Assembly (NCBI GenBank): GCA_002269645.1
Contig: NIVC01002737.1
Span: forward strand, 1 to 64,000
Direction of reading: 5' to 3'
Length of the DNA: 64,000 nt
Source: Macrostomum lignano
Lineage: Eukaryota
The notes under the pieces are model-generated. The model was not told the origin of the DNA and did no database searches. It was given only the letters and a program-made list of their open reading frames with translations. Positions 61,301 to 64,000 of this stretch are shown piece after piece; position 1 is the stretch's first letter, and every line of letters starts with the position of its first letter. A program made the position numbers and the translations under genes.

Positions 61301-62618
61301 TTGGAATGATGTCCATCTGGAATGCTGTCCATCTGGAATGATTTCCATTTGGAATGATGTCCATCTGGCATGATTTCCATTTGGAATGATGTCCATCTGG
61401 CATGATTTCCATTTGGAATAATGTCCATCTGGCATGATTTCCATTTGGAATGATGTCCATCTGGCATGATTTCCATTTGGAATGATGTCCATCTGGAACG
61501 ATTTCGATTTGGAATGATGTCCATCTGGCATGATTTCCATTTGGAATGATGTCCATCTGGCATGATTTCCATTTGTAATGATGTCCATCTGGCATGATTT
61601 CCATTTGTAATTATGTCCATCTGGCATGATTTCCATTTGTAATTATGTCCATCTGGAATAATTTCCATCTGGAATGATGTCCATCTGGCATGATTTCCAT
61701 CTGGCATGATTTCCATTTGGAATGATTTCCATGTGGAATGATGTCCATCTGGAATGATGTCCATCTGGCATGATTTCCATGTGAAATGATGTCCATCTGG
61801 CATGATTTCCATCTGGAATGATGTCCATCTGGCATGATTTCCATCTGGAATGTCCATCTGGAATGATTTCCATTTGTAATTATGTCCATCTGGCATGATT
61901 TCCATTTGTAATTATGTCCATCTGGAATGATTTCCATTTGGAATGATGTCCATCTGGAATGATTTCCATCTGGAATGATGTCCATCTGGAATGATGTCCA
62001 TCTGGCATGCTGTCCATCTGGAATGATTTCCATTTGGAATGCTGTCCATCTGGAATGATTTCCATCTGGAATGCTGTCCATCTGGAATGCTGTCCATCTG
62101 GAATGATTTCCATTTGGAATGCTGTCCATTTGGAATGATGTCCATCTGGCATGATGTACATCTGGAATGCTGTCCATCTGGAATGCTGTCCATCTGGAAT
62201 GATGTCCATTTGGCATGATTTCCATTTGGAATGATGTCCATCTGGCATGATTTCCATTTGGAATGATGTCCATCTGGAATGATTTCAATCTGGAATGCTG
62301 TCCATTTGGAATGATGTCCATCTGGCATGATTTCGATCTGACATGATGCCGATTCGCCATAAATTCTACCACCCAGGTAACTCCTTCCATATTTCTTCCA
62401 CTCAGATATCTGCTGGAATTTTTTTTCTGATACACTTGGATACCATCGCAACTCCGTACTCAATCGCACCTACCTCTTTCCAGGTGGGCAGCGGCATCGA
62501 TTTTATTTAATTCTGTTGCCGAATGAATCAGTGATTTGCGTCTCCTGTAGTCTGCGCTGGCTGTCTGGCCTTCGGGCAGGCGCAGCTTGTTGAGCTGCGT
62601 TGCCAGCAGGGAAGTCAT
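43397..62618 (-). CDS. HEATR1: HEAT repeat-containing protein 1 / UTP10 (SSU processome); 12 exons: 62618-62474, 60768-60474, 59655-59229, 58212-57709, 56835-56275, 55822-55614, 52261-52097, 51636-51244, 50848-49825, 48769-48343, 44951-44452, 44032-43397 (5286 nt, ~1761 aa)
   Basis: N-terminus MTSLLATQLNKLRLP; U3-assoc domain ..LEWLVYRFQTHQYNMEAMLQAVLPYH..; RWHWLKPL; C-terminal DWA.. and CVPALAELAEDDSEEVERLAQRLLADIEQRAGEPL match recalled HEATR1/Utp10. Summed exon length is divisible by 3 and all phases agree. Confidence 0.9.
44080..44440. repeat. HEATR1 intron 11 21-bp minisatellite GGGATCGGAATTGGGACTATT
   Basis: Read directly. Confidence 0.9.
44985..48325. repeat. HEATR1 intron 10 25-bp minisatellite CATGAGACTGGAAGACATGATGGTA (44985-45176 and 47866-48325), split by a TIR element
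   Basis: The repeat resumes in phase after the insertion. Confidence 0.92.
45177..47865. mobile_element. Non-autonomous TIR DNA transposon (CCC...GGG ends, 2-bp TSD AC; CMC/EnSpm-like by inference), 2.7 kb
   Basis: Left CCCGTCGAACTTTTCACCCGGAATTT vs reverse complement of right end CCCGTCGAACGTTTCACCCGGAATTT. Subterminal CCGGA-rich repeats, a 27-34-bp array (45400-45780), a 58-bp array (46202-46587) and a 120-bp array (47213-47590). Confidence 0.82.
48800..49775. repeat. HEATR1 intron 9 24-bp minisatellite GAGGGGCGATTCTTGGGCTTGGCT
   Basis: Read directly. Confidence 0.95.
50890..51220. repeat. HEATR1 intron 8 G-rich ~26-28-bp repeat GGCGGTTCTATGGGGCGGATCGGGGG
   Basis: Read directly. Confidence 0.9.
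51715..51990. repeat. HEATR1 intron 7 20-bp minisatellite TTCCGCTACCCTCAGGTAAC
   Basis: Read directly. Confidence 0.92.
52275..55572. repeat. HEATR1 intron 6 (GAT)n-based compound repeat with recurring AATGGTGGTGATGAAGATGGTGAGAATTAT module, split by a LINE
   Basis: Blocks at 52275-53462 and 54941-55572. Confidence 0.95.
53463..54940 (+). mobile_element. 5'-truncated non-LTR retrotransposon (RTE-like by inference) with RT C-half and four C-terminal zinc fingers
   Basis: SSLFADDTTIL (RT catalytic motif); ILGSW, YRNIW, GHVLRMEDDRQIKQAVLG, WRNVV segments typical of non-LTR RTs; fingers CEYELC..H..H, CHKC..H..C, CQQC..H..C, CDKC..H..C; stop at 54886; (AAG)n tail; ATGAAGATGGTGAGA on both flanks as candidate TSD. 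Confidence 0.88.
55845..56255. repeat. HEATR1 intron 5 22-bp minisatellite CATGAAATCAGGACAAAGACCC
   Basis: Read directly. Confidence 0.93.
56895..57575. repeat. HEATR1 intron 4 28-bp quasi-palindromic minisatellite GATATCGGTTATCGATATTTGACCGACT
   Basis: Read directly. Confidence 0.93.
58400..59095. repeat. HEATR1 intron 3 23-bp minisatellite CTCTGTTACTAAGGGGATGGAAT
   Basis: Read directly. Confidence 0.95.
59710..60415. repeat. HEATR1 intron 2 ~32-bp minisatellite CACTGTGTCTTTGGGCTGGGGTCCAGCCTCCT
   Basis: Read directly. Confidence 0.95.
60880..62345. repeat. HEATR1 intron 1 16-bp minisatellite TGATGTCCATCTGGAA / TGATTTCCATTTGGAA
   Basis: Read directly. Confidence 0.95.
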
Positions 62619-62729
62619 GCTGCTGCTGCTGCTGCTGCTTCTTTTAGAAGCAGGGTCATGAGAAAACAAAATAATTATTAGAACAGAAAAACGTACGAGA
62701 CCGTACTAAACTGAATTTTATAAAGTTAT

Positions 62730-63150
<421 letters not shown>

Positions 63151-63599
63151 CAAAGCCGCAAGAAATATCAAGTAGAAAAGCAGGACTAGCTATTGACAGC
63201 AGAAAAAACAACAACAGGAAATCAAGCAGCTGCAAAAATTCACACTCAGTGAGCGGTGTAGTGAACTTATCAAAAGACGCATTGTATTCAGCAAGTTCAC
63301 AGCAATATATGCAATGTTCCTCCAGCATACATGTGCAGCGCACTGCTATAACTAGAATCGAATCTGGGTCCGCAGGCACAAGTAGCAAATAAAAAACGCA
63401 CTTAGAGTTAGATAATCCGATATATAAAATTATTAAATGGAATTAACCAAATTTCGGCAATAATGAAATCCTGAACTAGGCATTTTTGGTTCAGCGCAGA
63501 ATTTGGGAAGCTAAATATCACAACTAATCGGAAGTACGAGTCAGAATTAATATGAACATGGTACACATCTGTAGCTACCAATACTTTATCAATTTTCAG

Positions 63600-63935
63600 C
63601 TACCGATATGAATTGTAACACACTTCTCTAGCAACCGATATGTAGTGTAACACACTTCTCTAGCTACTGACATGTAGTGTAACACACTTCTCTAGCTACC
63701 GATATGTAGTGTAACATACTTCTCTAGCAACCGATATGTAGTGTAACACACTTCTCTAGCAACCGATATGTAGTGTAACACACTTCTCTAGCTACTGACA
63801 TGTAGTGTAACACACTTCTCTAGCTACCGATATGTAGTGTAACATACTTCTCTAGCTACCGACACGTAGTGAAGCACAATTCTCTAGCCACCGATATGTA
63901 GTGTAACACATTTCTATAGCTACCGATATGCAGAG
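63600..63935. repeat. 32-bp minisatellite ACACACTTCTCTAGCTACCGATATGTAGTGTA
   Basis: About 10 copies. Confidence 0.9.
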
Positions 63936-64000
63936 TGACAGACTTCTTTAACTACTGTTGGGCATCGTAAACAGTTTTTTACAAATAAGAGTTTGCGATG

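Overview
Eukaryotic (metazoan) genomic DNA with GC-rich exons, AT-rich spacers and minisatellite-filled introns. The style suggests a free-living flatworm such as Macrostomum; this is an inference and was not tested. Five host protein-coding genes were reconstructed by eye with GT-AG junctions and consistent phases: TMEM147 (+, last two exons only), a secreted fibrinogen-related (FReD) protein (-), a divergent RPA1/RPA70 (+), hnRNP L (-) and a 12-exon HEATR1/UTP10 (-, ~1761 aa). There is one tRNA-Ser(GCT). Mobile DNA comprises a decayed Ty3/Gypsy LTR element, a solo LTR, a head-to-tail pair of Helitron-like elements loaded with minisatellites and a tRNA-like remnant, a CORE-like SINE, a CCC...GGG TIR element with a 2-bp TSD, a 5'-truncated RTE-like LINE with C-terminal zinc fingers, and foldback elements. 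Most long ORFs in the supplied track are artefacts of tandem repeats. The most interesting signals are: (i) a different minisatellite in essentially every intron >~400 nt; (ii) all four TSD-bearing insertions lying inside tandem arrays; (iii) a CA-rich, 5'-splice-site-laden array in the hnRNP L intron, a candidate for autoregulation by a poison exon; (iv) the Helitron-like dimer; (v) the same 19-mer array in inverted orientation on either side of the TMEM147 symmetric exon.
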